Below are positions 24,151 to 34,675 of a stretch of DNA of 64,000 nt, piece after piece. Every line of letters starts with the position of its first letter. Within the stretch, counting starts at the first letter, position 1. The DNA is from Camelus dromedarius (lineage: Eukaryota): the NCBI RefSeq assembly GCF_036321535.1, contig NC_087462.1:2728001-2792000 (forward strand), read 5' to 3'. The notes beneath the pieces were generated by a model. The model searched no databases and had not been told where the DNA came from. It saw nothing but the letters and a program-made list of their open reading frames with translations. The translations under genes were made by a program, and so were the position numbers.

Positions 24151-24213
24151 TGATGGCTCAAACCCAGGACCTTGTGCAGCTAGGCGTGTTCTCTACCACT
24201 GAGTTGTACCCCC
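24105..24213 (-). mobile_element. tRNA-derived SINE (degenerate)
   Basis: Family head and tail on the minus strand. Confidence 0.8.
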
Positions 24214-24631
24214 CGCGTTGAGGAAGCATTGACTGAGCACCTCCTGTGTGCTGAGCATTTCCTAGACACTGGGCGTCCAGAAGAGAATAAAAGAGACTCT
24301 CTTCCAGCCCCTAGGTGCTTACAGGTAGGGGCAGGGGAGGAATGAGGGAGGAATATAGGCAAGTGAACAAATTAGAGAATTTCAAATAGTGAGGGGTTCA
24401 GTGAAAAGAGTGATGTGATAAAGAAGCACGGGATGGGGGCTCCTCTCTGTTGGGGGGTCAGAGACAGCCTCTCAGCCGTCTGGGCTGAGATCCACAAATA
24501 GCAAACATTCACAAATATGTGAACAGAGCGACCAGAGTTGGAGTGGAGGGGATAGGAGTTCCAGGCAGAGAGAACAGCTAGTGCAAAGGCCCTGAGGGGG
24601 GAATAAGTTTGGCTCAATAAATATTTATTGA

Positions 24632-24762
24632 AGGGAGGGTACGGCTCAGGGTTAGAGTGCGTGCCTAGCATGCGCAGGGTCCTGGGTTCAGTCCCCAGGG
24701 TTTCCATTAAAAATAAATAGATTTAAAAAAATAACCAACTAATTACCTCCCCACACCAAAAG
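24632..24762 (+). mobile_element. tRNA-derived SINE ~600 bp upstream of the CREB3L3 ATG
   Basis: Family head and tail; TSD aataaatatttattga / aataaatatttgttga. Confidence 0.88.
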
Positions 24763-25029
24763 ATCTAATAAATATTTGTTGAGAACAAATGAATGACAGA
24801 GGATTCTAGAAGGAATTGGTTGCTCTGGTTTGGCCATGGAGGGCTTGCCGGGGGGTGGGTAGGGGCTCACCAGCTGCGATGGGGAGGGAAGCTCCTGGCA
24901 GAGGGAATGGCTCTGCCGAGGCCTGGGCTGTCTTGGTTTTGCTCTCTCCTGGGAGTAGACAGGACCCAGCCAGGACCCCGGGCTCTCTTGGAGCTGATGT
25001 CCAGGGACTATGACAAGAAACAGTCCCTG

Positions 25030-25047
25030 AAAGTAGGGGAGAGGTCA
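25030..25047 (+). promoter_or_regulatory. DR1 nuclear-receptor element (PPRE-like) in the CREB3L3 promoter
   Basis: AAAGT-AGGGGA-G-AGGTCA: a DR1 with the AT-rich 5' extension typical of PPAR sites. Confidence 0.6.
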
Positions 25048-25066
25048 TGGCAGAGCGGCAGCACGC

Positions 25067-25079
25067 CAGACTTTGGCCT
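25067..25079 (-). promoter_or_regulatory. HNF4-type DR1 site in the CREB3L3 promoter
   Basis: Minus strand AGGCCA-A-AGTCTG, with the CAAAGTC core. Confidence 0.55.
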
Positions 25080-25365
25080 TTGCCCTCTGCCGGCAGGAAA
25101 AGCACAAAATACCGAGATAACGGTCTTCCCTCCCCTCCCCCAAGCCTGCCCCGGTGTCACTGGCCCTCAATCCTGTCTGTCTTGCCTGTTCCCCAATCAG
25201 CACCTGGGGGTGGTCTGGGAGCTCCTCCTGACTATTTCAGCATCTTTTGAGGGTGGTGACAGAGCCACAGAGAGGAGCGGGCTGAGCCTGGGAGCCCTGG
25301 TGGTGGGGCGAGCCTCCAGCTCAGAGCAGACGCAGAAGTGTCTGGAGACAGAGCTGGTCGGGCTC

Positions 25366-25392
25366 ATGGATGGGGATTTAGCGGCTGGAAAG
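25366..25392 (+). CDS. CREB3L3: CREB3L3 coding exon 1 (MDGDLAAGK)
   Basis: ATG at 25366, donor AAG|gtgagc; resembles the recalled human N-terminus MNTDLAAGK. Confidence 0.9.
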
Positions 25393-28300
25393 GTGAGCCC
25401 TGCCACGGGGGAGGGAGGATTTATGCCAGGAACACTCCCCAAGCTCTCAGAATTGGCAGGAACCTCACACCCCATTGCACAGATGGGAAGACTGAGGCCC
25501 AGAGGGAGCATGCAGTGACCAAAATAATGCCTCCATTCTGGGGCTGCTCTTGGTCTTTCTTCTAGCTCCCCCCACTTCCAGAAGGGGGGAATTTGGGCAG
25601 GATGGGATATAAGAGAAGGCAGCTCACCCCCACGGGAGCATCTGTCAAGCACTTTTTAAAGAAATTGGCTCTCAGGCCGCAGAGTGTCTGGGTCAGCCTC
25701 ACAGCACAGATTTGGAGACCGAGGCTTAGCAAGTGGGAGCGGCAGGCTCAACCTGGGGACTGAGCCGGGACTTAACTGGAGTGGGACGGACCTTGGGGTG
25801 GTGTGCAGATGGGTAATGGGGAGGAGAGGGGCTAAGTGACCTCACAAATGTCCCCTCCTTGCCCCAGATGACTTCCTCCACCAGTCCCACGGGCCCCATC
25901 GACAGCCTGGAGCTCTTGGATCTCCTGTTTGACAGGCAGGATGGCATCTTGAGACATGTAGAGCTGGGCGAGGACTGGGGCCACGTCGATGATCAGGTGA
26001 TAACTGACTGCAGGCACCGGGGGCCAGAGCCAGAACTCCGCTCAGCTCTGTGCATTCACTGCTCGTGGTGGGCGATTTTAGCAAAGCACGTTATTGTGCT
26101 TAACCTCTCAGCTATCCTAAGGGGCAGGTGACATTACCTCCTTAAAGGTGGGGAAACCGAGGCCCTGAGAGGGGTGGTAACTTGTCCTGGGTCACACAGC
26201 GTTTTGGAGCTGGGCTCAGACTTCAGCTTGGGGCTCGTGCCTCAACAAGGTCGGATTGTGTTCAGGCGCCAACACCAGAGGCAAGAACATTAGCTCTTTC
26301 CACCTTGCAGAAGGGACAAGTGAAGCCCAGAGAGGGTCAGTGGCTTGCCCAGAGTCACACAGTGATTCAAAGCAAAGCATAGGCCTCCTAATTCCCACTC
26401 ATCCTTCTCCCTCCCAGCAGGTCCTGCCAGGCCCGGACTCTGATGATTTCCTCAACTCCATTCTGGGTTCTGGAGATTCAGTGCCCAACTCCCCGACCTG
26501 GTCTCCTGCAGGCAGTGACAGTGGCATCTCAGAAGATCTGCCCTCTGACCCCCAAGACACCCCTCCACGTGGTGGGGTGGCTGCCACCCCAGTCAGCTGC
26601 CATACCACGGAGTCTGGCAAGGAGCTCTGCCTCTCCTACCATCCTGGGCCCCTCTACCCCACCAGGCACCCTGGGCCAGTAGCCCACGGGCTCGAGGCCT
26701 CCGTGGCCATAGACCTGGGTGAGTTCCGTGTCTTCACTCACTACCCTCACCTTGTTCCAGGCACTGTACGCACATACCCGCCCTTTGAGGTGGGTGCTGG
26801 GATGCTGTTGTGGGCTCAATTTGCAGATGGTTAGGGGATGAGTCAGAGCTATAGAGCTGGGTGAGGGGGTGTGGAGCTCAGTGGTAGAGTGTGTGCTTAA
26901 CATGCATGAGGTCCTGGATTCAATACCCAGTATCTTCATTAAAAAAAAGTTTGAAAAAAAGAGCCACAGAGCTGGGATGCCACCCTGCCAGGCTGGCTCC
27001 AGCCCCAGACATCATGCTGGCAACCTCGGTTTTGTGCCTCCCATGCCTGGGTCCCAGTAGATGCTCAGTGAAAGTGTGTGAGGTCATGGGAGCTCAGGCC
27101 TTGGGGTGCACCTTCTGGACTTGGGGAACAAGTCTCGTGCAGAAGACGCCCCCAGAAGGGCATCTTTTGTCTCTTGAGCCTCGCAGTGGGGCGGGAGCTC
27201 CTATTTGTCCCATTGGAGACTTGACAAAACTAAGGCTGAGAGACGTTTCATCGCTTACCCAAGGTCACACAGCTCTGCCCGGTCGGGGATTAGAACCGAA
27301 GGCTGTCTGACTGAAGTCTGGGGCTCTCCAGAGCACCTATGGTGTGCTAGGTACCTGGTGGGAGGGAACCACAGGTGAATCAGACCTGGTCCCTGCCCCG
27401 AGGGGGGAGATAAGGCCAGGCTGGCTGCAGATCTAGCCTTTAATCCTGGGTGATAACGGCCGCTCCCTCCTGGGCTGGCAGTGGGCTCCTGATAAAGTCC
27501 TGGTGAACTTGGGTTCCTGTGCTGTGGCAGAGAGAGACTGAGGCATCAGTTGGGGCTGTCCCCTTCAACCCAGGCCTGGGGGTCCTAAGCTGCGCCACAA
27601 GTCCCTAGCACACCGAGGTCAGTCCTGGGAGCTTTGCTGGAGGAAGCAGGTAGAAGCTGGGACCTCAGGGCCCCCCCCCCCCCCCACCGACTGTCTCCCT
27701 GTCTCTTTCCCCACCTGCCCCGTCAGAAGCGTGGAGCCCAGGACTGCACACCGAGGAGCGGGCTGGGCCGGCCGGCTCACCCCCGCGCCGCAGCCCCACG
27801 GTGAAGGACCTCCTGCTCTCCGGCAGCGGCGGGGCCACGGTGAGCCGCCCTGCCCCCCACCGGGGCAGCGGGGCTGGGGGGCGCGCGGTCCCGGGGGCCC
27901 CGCTGCCTCCATTTCAAAAAATAATAATAGCTAAAACTCACCAAGCACCTGCTATAGGCCGGCTACACTTCTAAGTGGTTAAATGGGTTATCTCTTAATT
28001 CAGAGCAACCCATGAAGATTCAGGTTCTTACCTCAGTTTTACATAGGAGCAAATGGGCACAGAGGGGTTCAGTAATTTGCCCTAAGTCACACAGCTGCTG
28101 CAGGCTCAATTCCTGGGCTGGCCCATTGGACCTGTTGTGCCCATTGCATGTTGACCAAGGGCCATCTGTTTCCTCTATCGGTAAACCAGAACTGCCAACC
28201 CAGTTAGTGTCCCCATTTCACAGATAAGCAAGCCAAGGCCCAGAGAGGTTGAGCCACAAAGTTACACAGCAAACAAGTGGCTGAGTCAGGATTTGAACTC

Positions 28301-31300
28301 CAGTTTGCCTGCTGCCCAAAGTTGTCCTGACAACCTCAAAACAAGGCCAGAATGCCCCTCCCAACTTAAGAGATGTGAGGTGAACACCAGCTGTGTACTC
28401 AGCCTCTGAGGACCTCATGGTCAAGAGGGGACAACTGACTACTCATGGAAGTGTATCGATAAAGAGAGAGGCAAGTCCAAGAAGGCTTCCTGGAGGAGGC
28501 AGAACTTCAGCAGGTCTTAAAGGATAGGAAACGTGAATGACTACTTTGGAAATGCTAACTGGCCTTTGTAAATGCATTAAATTTAATATTGTTGCATATC
28601 TGTGTGTAGATGACCTTGGAAAGTAGGAGACCATATCCCCATTTTGCAGATGAGCACACTGAGATTTGGACCCTAAGAGAGACAATGGTTGTGCTGATTG
28701 ATGGTCCGGAATTCTAGGGAGTGGAGTTTGATCCGATGAATGGGAGACTGCCCCAGTCTCCCCCTTTACTCCTGAGCCTCCCATTCCACCCTGTGACATT
28801 GCTAAGACTTGGCACTCAGACAAGATTCTTTAATTTTTAGTGTTTCTATTTCATAATTTAAATTTAATTTTAAAATTGTTGCAATAGGCAAATGCACTCA
28901 CACAGTCCAAGTTCCAAATGTACAAATGGGCACGTGGGGAGACTCACCCTTCACCTCTGTTTCCCGGAGGCTCGCTTGTTTAACTTGTCCCTGTTTGTTG
29001 GATTTCCCCTCTGCTGTTGCAGATGGCATTGCCATGAATGTTCAGAGCCCAGAGCAGTGCCTGGCATGGAGTAGGTGCTAAATACATAGCTGTCGAGTGA
29101 CTATTTGTTAAACAAATGACAAACTTGTATCTGTAAGATTAATTCCTGGAAGTGGAATTGCTGGGTCAGAGGTCTGAGTGCTGGTTCTTTTGAGCCCTAG
29201 TGCCAGCGAGCACGCTACAGCAGACGGATCGATAGTTTCTCAGATCTGATGTCTTATTTCCCCAAAGCTCTCACTAACCCTAAAGCAATTCTCCTGGTTT
29301 CCCCACAGCAACATCACCTGGCAGCCCCCCACCTGTTGCGACCTGGGACCGGGCACTGCCAGGAGCTGGTGCTGACGGAGGATGAGAAGAAGCTGCTGGC
29401 CAAAGAAGGCATCACCCTGCCCACACAGCTGCCCCTCACCAAGGTGAGCCAGTGGGGCCCCTGGCTCCCAGGCTTGCCCCTTTCCTGCAGCTACCTGCCC
29501 ACGAGTCTCACCTTTAGGTTTCTTGCATTAGAATGTTAGGACGTGTCTGTCATCGGAGCCAGAAAAATAATCCTCAGAGACAACTCAGTGGGGCTCTCTG
29601 GCTGGCCACAGTCCCCACCCAGCCTGTTCACTCAGCATCAATACCCAAATTTGCCTTTCCAGTCTGAAGACATCTCTAAGTCTTGATAACAACCAGCCCT
29701 GGGAAGGGCGCTGTTCCCACAGGTGGCCAGAAGGTGGCGCGATTTCACCAGCGCACAAAGTCGGTACCCAGTAACCGACTGGGATTGGGAGCTGGGACCC
29801 AGAACCCCCGCCTAGAGGCTCTGCAGGAATTCAGGGGCAGAAAACCTGGTCTTCAAGTCATTAGGGGTCTGCCCCCAGGTCCCTGAGTCTGGGATGGCTC
29901 CCATGGGAAGATAACAGCGTGAAGTTGTAGGGAGAATGGATCCTCCAGACTGACTCAGCCACCTCCCTGTGTCACTTTGCAGTATGAGGAACGAGTGCTG
30001 AAAAAAATTCGCCGGAAAATCCGAAACAAACAGTCGGCCCAAGAAAGCCGGAAAAAGAAGAAGGAATATATTGACGGCCTGGAAACTCGGTAAGGCTGGG
30101 GCCCAAGGACTCTGCACTCCGGGGGGATCTTCACTCTGAGAGAGGGATGCAGTGGGGCTAAGGTCACAGTTTTCAGGACCTGACGAAATTAGAGCTGCTT
30201 CCTTCTCTGGGAGAGACCGTTTTTCATGTGAATAGCAAGGATGAAAAATGCTTACAGGTGGTACAGGGCTCGGGTTCGAGGTTTCTTTGTCTGCTAGCAT
30301 ATGTGATTTCAAGAAAGGGGACGGTATCATCCATCTAGTCCTGGCTCTCTGCTTGAAGATGGGACACTTACTTCCCTTGTCTGAGAATCACTGGTCCTGA
30401 GAGCTGCCATGGCTTCCTTGGGTGAGGAAGAAGGAAGGCCGAATTTCCTCAACTTAAGAATTGTGCACCCCAATCTCATCCAGTCACCTCTCTCAACTCA
30501 TTTAGGGTACTGAGCGGCAGGCTCCTTATCATTCTTTAATAGAAACATAGGAGCTGAGCTAGTTCACTTTTTAAACCAAAAGTGATTTTATCACATTACA
30601 GGTCTCTTTGGGTTTTCTATTTCTTCTCAAGTCAATTCTGGGATGTCATATTCTCCTGGAAAGTTGTCCACTTCAAACATATTGACATAAAATTCTTCAT
30701 AGTTTTCTTCTATTATTTTTAAGCTCTGAGTAATCTATAGTTATGCCCTTTTAAATAACTCATATTGTGTATTTGTGCCTTCTCTTGCTTTTTATCTTGA
30801 TCAGTCTTGCCAAAAGTTTGTCTATTTTATTTTTCTTTTCAAAGAATGAATTTCTGGACTTTCCTCTCACCCCACTGTATTTTTGTGTTCTAGTTCTTTT
30901 ATTTCTACTCTTAGCTTTATTGTGTCTTTCACTGATTTTTTTTTTTTTTTTGGTGGGGAGTTTATTCTGTTGTTCATTCACTAATTTTTAAATGTGTACG
31001 TTCAGCTGGTTAAGCTGTATTAAGGCTATTCATTTTCCTCTCAGCACTGCTTTAGCTGCATCTTACATATGTGGATTTGTACCATTGTCATTACCATACA
31101 GTCCCTAGGTCTTCCCTAATTTACACTGTGGATTCTTCTTTATCCCATAATGTATTTAGAAGGAGAGCCTTTTAGTAGGGGAATTTATTCTCCTCCCTGG
31201 TTGGGATATGAGGACTAACATATTCTCATGCCAGGATTTGAGAGTTCTGACTCTACATCTGAGTGGTCTGGGCCAAGACCACATTCACAGCTGGATGCAT

Positions 31301-33438
31301 ACGGGAAGCATCACTGCCTAAGTCTGGCATTCCATTCCCAATCCTGGGTGCTCAGGCTGGAATAAAGCCCCCACATCCATGCAAAGATGGTACCTAGAAG
31401 CCAGGCAGAACACAGTTCGAATATTGGCTTTGTCACAGACTTGCCAGGGTGCCTTTGGATGAATGACTTCCCCTCTCTGGCCTTGGGTTCCCTGCCTATA
31501 AAGTGGAGCCTCACAAAGAGATATTAATTAGACCTATTGATGACAGGCATATTCTGAATGTCTCTGTGACATTGCCCCTGCAGGATGTCAGCCTGTACTG
31601 CCCAGAACCAGGAGCTTCAGAGGAAGGTCTTACATCTTGAGAAGCAGAACCTGTGAGTCTTCATCCAGCTGGGAGAGAGGACAGGGGGAGCTGGCTCCAC
31701 AGTCTCTTGCAGGAGAGGTGGACATGGGGGTACAGCCTGTGTGTTGGCAGGGCAGATCAGGGGGTAAGGGCTCCACCTAGAAATGGGCAGGCTGCATAGA
31801 GGAGGGGACTTGGACTTGGACCCTTGAAGGATGTATAGGAGTTCACTTGATGGAAGATGCTCCCAGTGGGGGAATTGGCATATGAATGGGCAAAGGCTAG
31901 GAGTATGTTGTGTAGAACTGCAGGTGATTCTGTCTATGGGGTACATCCACCTAGTCCATTTTTATTTAGCATCTGCTAGGTGCCAGGCATAGTTCTGGAC
32001 ACTGGGACCCCAACAGTGAGCAAAACAGACACGGCCCCTCCACTTAAAGAACTCAGTGTTGTGGGAAACATACTCAAGGCAAACAAAAATTATAAAAGAC
32101 CTTTCAAATAGTGATTGTCACTGGGAAGAAAAGTAAGAGGGGGCTGTTTTAGACAGAGAGATCAGATGAGGTGATATTTGAGATGACACCTGATGGATAA
32201 GGATGAAGCAGCTACAAAAAGACCCAGGGGAACAGTGTCCTCGGTACAGAGGGAACAGCTAGTACAAAGGCCCCGGGGCAGGAATGCTTGTGTGTTGGAG
32301 GAAGAGTGAGGGAACTATTTGTCTGGAGCAGAATGAGAGATGGGGAGAGAAGGAGGAGGTGAGGCAGGAAGGGGATAGGAGCAAAGAGGGAGGGTCTGGG
32401 ACTTTTAAAATCAGTGGGGCCTTGAGGGATGTATGGGATTCAGAACTCAGCCCTCAGCTGGGTGGGGGACTCACAAAATGGACAAGGAGCCAGTCAGCCA
32501 TGTAGGGCTCAGCCAAGCCTACCCATTTCCCCCAAGGTCCCTCTTGGAGCAGCTGAAGAAACTCCAGGCCATTGTGGTCCAGTCCACCACCAAGTCAGCT
32601 CACACAGGCACTTGCATAGCGGTGAGTCCTGGCCCCTAGCTCCGAGGGGATCCTCGGCCTTGGCAAAGGGGCCTGTGGGAGGAGGTGAGTGTGAGTAGGA
32701 GAATGGCCCTGAGCCCCAGCTCAAGCATGATCCAGTCTTCTGGGCCTTGGTTTCCCTGCCTCTGAGATGAGTGTGCTCACAGGGGAGGAGGAGGGATGCG
32801 GTGACCCCGCTCCCATCTCTGCCAGGTCCTGCTCTTCTCTTTCGCCCTCATCGTCCTCCCCTCCATCAGCCCTTTCGCCTCCAACAAAGCTGAGAGCCCC
32901 GGAGACTTCACACCTGTGCGAGGTAGGTGGACATGGGTCAGTCCTCCCTCAAAACCTCTCTGGGTTTCACCGTGGGCACACTCCCCTTGGCTCCCCAGCC
33001 CCCATACTGGGTCTCTGGGGAACTGGACCCCTTGCAACTGCTCCCTGAGGCTGGGAGCTAAGGAAATAAGGGACACCAACCCCCCACCCAGCCCATCCCT
33101 CATGCCTCCCCAACCCTTGCTCAGTTTTCTCCAGAACTTTGCACAACGACGGTGCATCTCGAGTGGCCCCAGATGCTGCACCAAGCTCCGAGGCCCCAGG
33201 ACCCTGGCCCGAGGCTGGTGTACTTCAGGAAGGGTCTCCAGGCAGCCCCGGGGGGTACTGGGGATCCCGGGACACGCCGTCTGTGGACAACTCGACAGAG
33301 GATCTAGACAACTCTACCCTGGTCCAGGGCACTGAGATGAAGGAGCTGGATCGGGCCACCCTGCTGGACTGTGCTCCACCTAAGCCAGCACTCAGCCCGG
33401 GACAAGTGGGGCTGGAGGCGGCAGGTGGGGAGCTGTGA
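25366..33438 (+). CDS. CREB3L3: CREB3L3 (CREB-H), ER-membrane bZIP transcription factor; complete spliced CDS, 458 aa (457 aa with the distal NAGNAG acceptor)
   Basis: join(25366-25392,25868-25996,26418-26718,27727-27839,29309-29443,29983-30089,31584-31652,32537-32621,32826-32922,33125-33438) = 1377 nt. All introns are GT-AG and the frame closes. Contains the bZIP basic region [23 protein letters not shown], a leucine zipper, the TM segment [14 protein letters not shown] and the S1P-type site SRTL. Confidence 0.97.
25868..25996 (+). CDS. CREB3L3: CREB3L3 exon 2
   Basis: ccccag|ATG...CAG|gtgata; encodes [26 protein letters not shown]. Confidence 0.95.
26418..26718 (+). CDS. CREB3L3: CREB3L3 exon 3 (transactivation region; tandem cagCAG acceptor, alternative start 26421)
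   Basis: Encodes [15 protein letters not shown]...[19 protein letters not shown]; donor G|gtgagt. Confidence 0.95.
26861..26960 (+). mobile_element. tRNA-derived SINE in CREB3L3 intron 3
   Basis: Family head plus A-rich tail; TSD agagctatagagctggg / agagccacagagctggg. Confidence 0.85.
27727..27839 (+). CDS. CREB3L3: CREB3L3 exon 4
   Basis: cgtcag|AAGCGTGG...ACG|gtgagc; encodes [10 protein letters not shown]; phase 1 to phase 0 fits the neighbouring exons. Confidence 0.92.
29309..29443 (+). CDS. CREB3L3: CREB3L3 exon 5
   Basis: Encodes [28 protein letters not shown]; AG/GT flanks. Confidence 0.96.
29983..30089 (+). CDS. CREB3L3: CREB3L3 exon 6 (bZIP basic region)
   Basis: Encodes [36 protein letters not shown]; donor gtaagg. 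Confidence 0.97.
30560..31180 (-). mobile_element. Old antisense LINE-1 ORF2-region fragment in CREB3L3 intron 6
   Basis: The minus-strand translation [16 protein letters not shown] resembles L1 ORF2. Confidence 0.7.
31584..31652 (+). CDS. CREB3L3: CREB3L3 exon 7 (leucine zipper)
   Basis: Encodes [22 protein letters not shown]; ctgcag|G...CT|gtgagt. Confidence 0.96.
32537..32621 (+). CDS. CREB3L3: CREB3L3 exon 8
   Basis: Encodes [28 protein letters not shown]. Confidence 0.96.
32826..32922 (+). CDS. CREB3L3: CREB3L3 exon 9 (transmembrane segment)
   Basis: Encodes [32 protein letters not shown]. Confidence 0.96.
33125..33438 (+). CDS. CREB3L3: CREB3L3 exon 10 coding part (luminal domain, stop codon)
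   Basis: Encodes VFSRTLHND...EAAGGEL then TGA. Confidence 0.95.
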
Positions 33439-33893
33439 GCACCACGGGGACATGCCCCCAGGCCCCTCTGCTCAAGGATGCTGCAGTGGACAGTGACAGG
33501 CCCGGGGATTTCAGGTGAGGGAGAGACCCCTGAGGAGATACCAGGACGGAGATGCATAGACTCACAGCTACAGACCCAGGGACCCAGGCATATGCAGAAA
33601 CTGACTCAGACACAGGGTGACCATAGGGCCACAAAGCCTGAGAAACACACACAGACCCAGGTGCAGGAGGAGACAGGAAGACACACATAGACTGATCCAC
33701 AGACCCAGACAGATATACATACCAGACCTCAACAAATCCCCGCCCCAGGGACTCCCTCCTGCCCCCTCGCACACAGTGGGGAGGAAGCAGCCAAGACTGC
33801 AGGGACGCTGGTCCCGGAGCACGGCCTGAGCTCTGAACTTCCAGGCAGCCATGGCCCACAGCCACCCCTTTTTCTAAGACTGCTGTGATCTTT

Positions 33894-33899
33894 AATAAA
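33894..33899 (+). terminator. CREB3L3: CREB3L3 polyadenylation signal AATAAA
   Basis: AATAAA ~455 nt after the stop codon, followed by a GT-rich downstream element. Confidence 0.75.
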
Positions 33900-34009
33900 G
33901 TATTTTGACAGAACACGTCTGGTGTGGAGACAGAGTAAGGTAGGGGCTGAATTAGAGTCTGGGGCTCTCCAACCTACATAAGGAAGAACTGGGGGGCCTA
34001 GAATGGAGA

Positions 34010-34410
34010 GGAGTGAGGTGGAGAGACCTTGGACTCTTAGGCTGGAGCGGCGAAAAGAGAGGCGCCAGAGGCGTCTTCAGCACCTTGGAGAGCGGTGACG
34101 GGCGGCGCGCAGGGCGCGCCTGGAGCGCAGGGTTCTGGAGGCTCTGGGGGGCCCCGGAGGCCCTTCAAGGGTGTCCGCGGAAGGTCTGCTGCAGTTGCCT
34201 TCCTGGGGGCCGGGCTGTCCACCCTGCTTGTTTACCGGTTGAGGAAACGGAGGCGTCGGAAGAGATGAGACCCGCCTAAGATCGCAGCAGGGGAGGATTG
34301 AGCCCTCCCCCACTGCGCCTGCGCTCTTCCCTTAACGCGTCGCCCGCCGCAGCGCTGCCTGCTTTGCGCAGGTGCCGGAGGATTTCAATCGCGATGAGGA
34401 GACGCCGCCT
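34010..34410. promoter_or_regulatory. Orphan CpG island between the convergent 3' ends of CREB3L3 and SIRT6
   Basis: Dense CpG with no coding exon; NRF1-like TGCGCCTGCGC at ~34315. Confidence 0.65.
34076..34096 (+). promoter_or_regulatory. RE1/NRSE (REST binding site)
   Basis: TTCAGCACC-tt-GGAGAGCG fits the consensus TTCAGCACCnnGGA[C/G]AGCG with the canonical 2-bp spacer. Confidence 0.75.
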
Positions 34411-34669
34411 CTCTCATCCCTTTAGAAGGGATCATAGCCTAGTAGCAGAGGGCACATATTAAGAAATCACACTAATAACAATTACAGTCTTAGGGCTCAA
34501 GGAATGCCAGCTGCTGGTAAGGCCCTCTTTCACCCCAGGCCTAGATTGCAAGGACGCACTGGCAGACGTTCCAGGGGGCGAGAGGACCACACACTCATGC
34601 TCCCGGGGACTAGGACCTGGCACAAAGTTGTGGATGTTAAACACAGACTCAGATGCAAGAAATTCTGCT

Positions 34670-34675
34670 TTTATT
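34670..34675 (-). terminator. SIRT6: SIRT6 polyadenylation signal AATAAA (minus strand)
   Basis: tttatt on the plus strand, ~540 nt past the stop codon. Confidence 0.65.
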
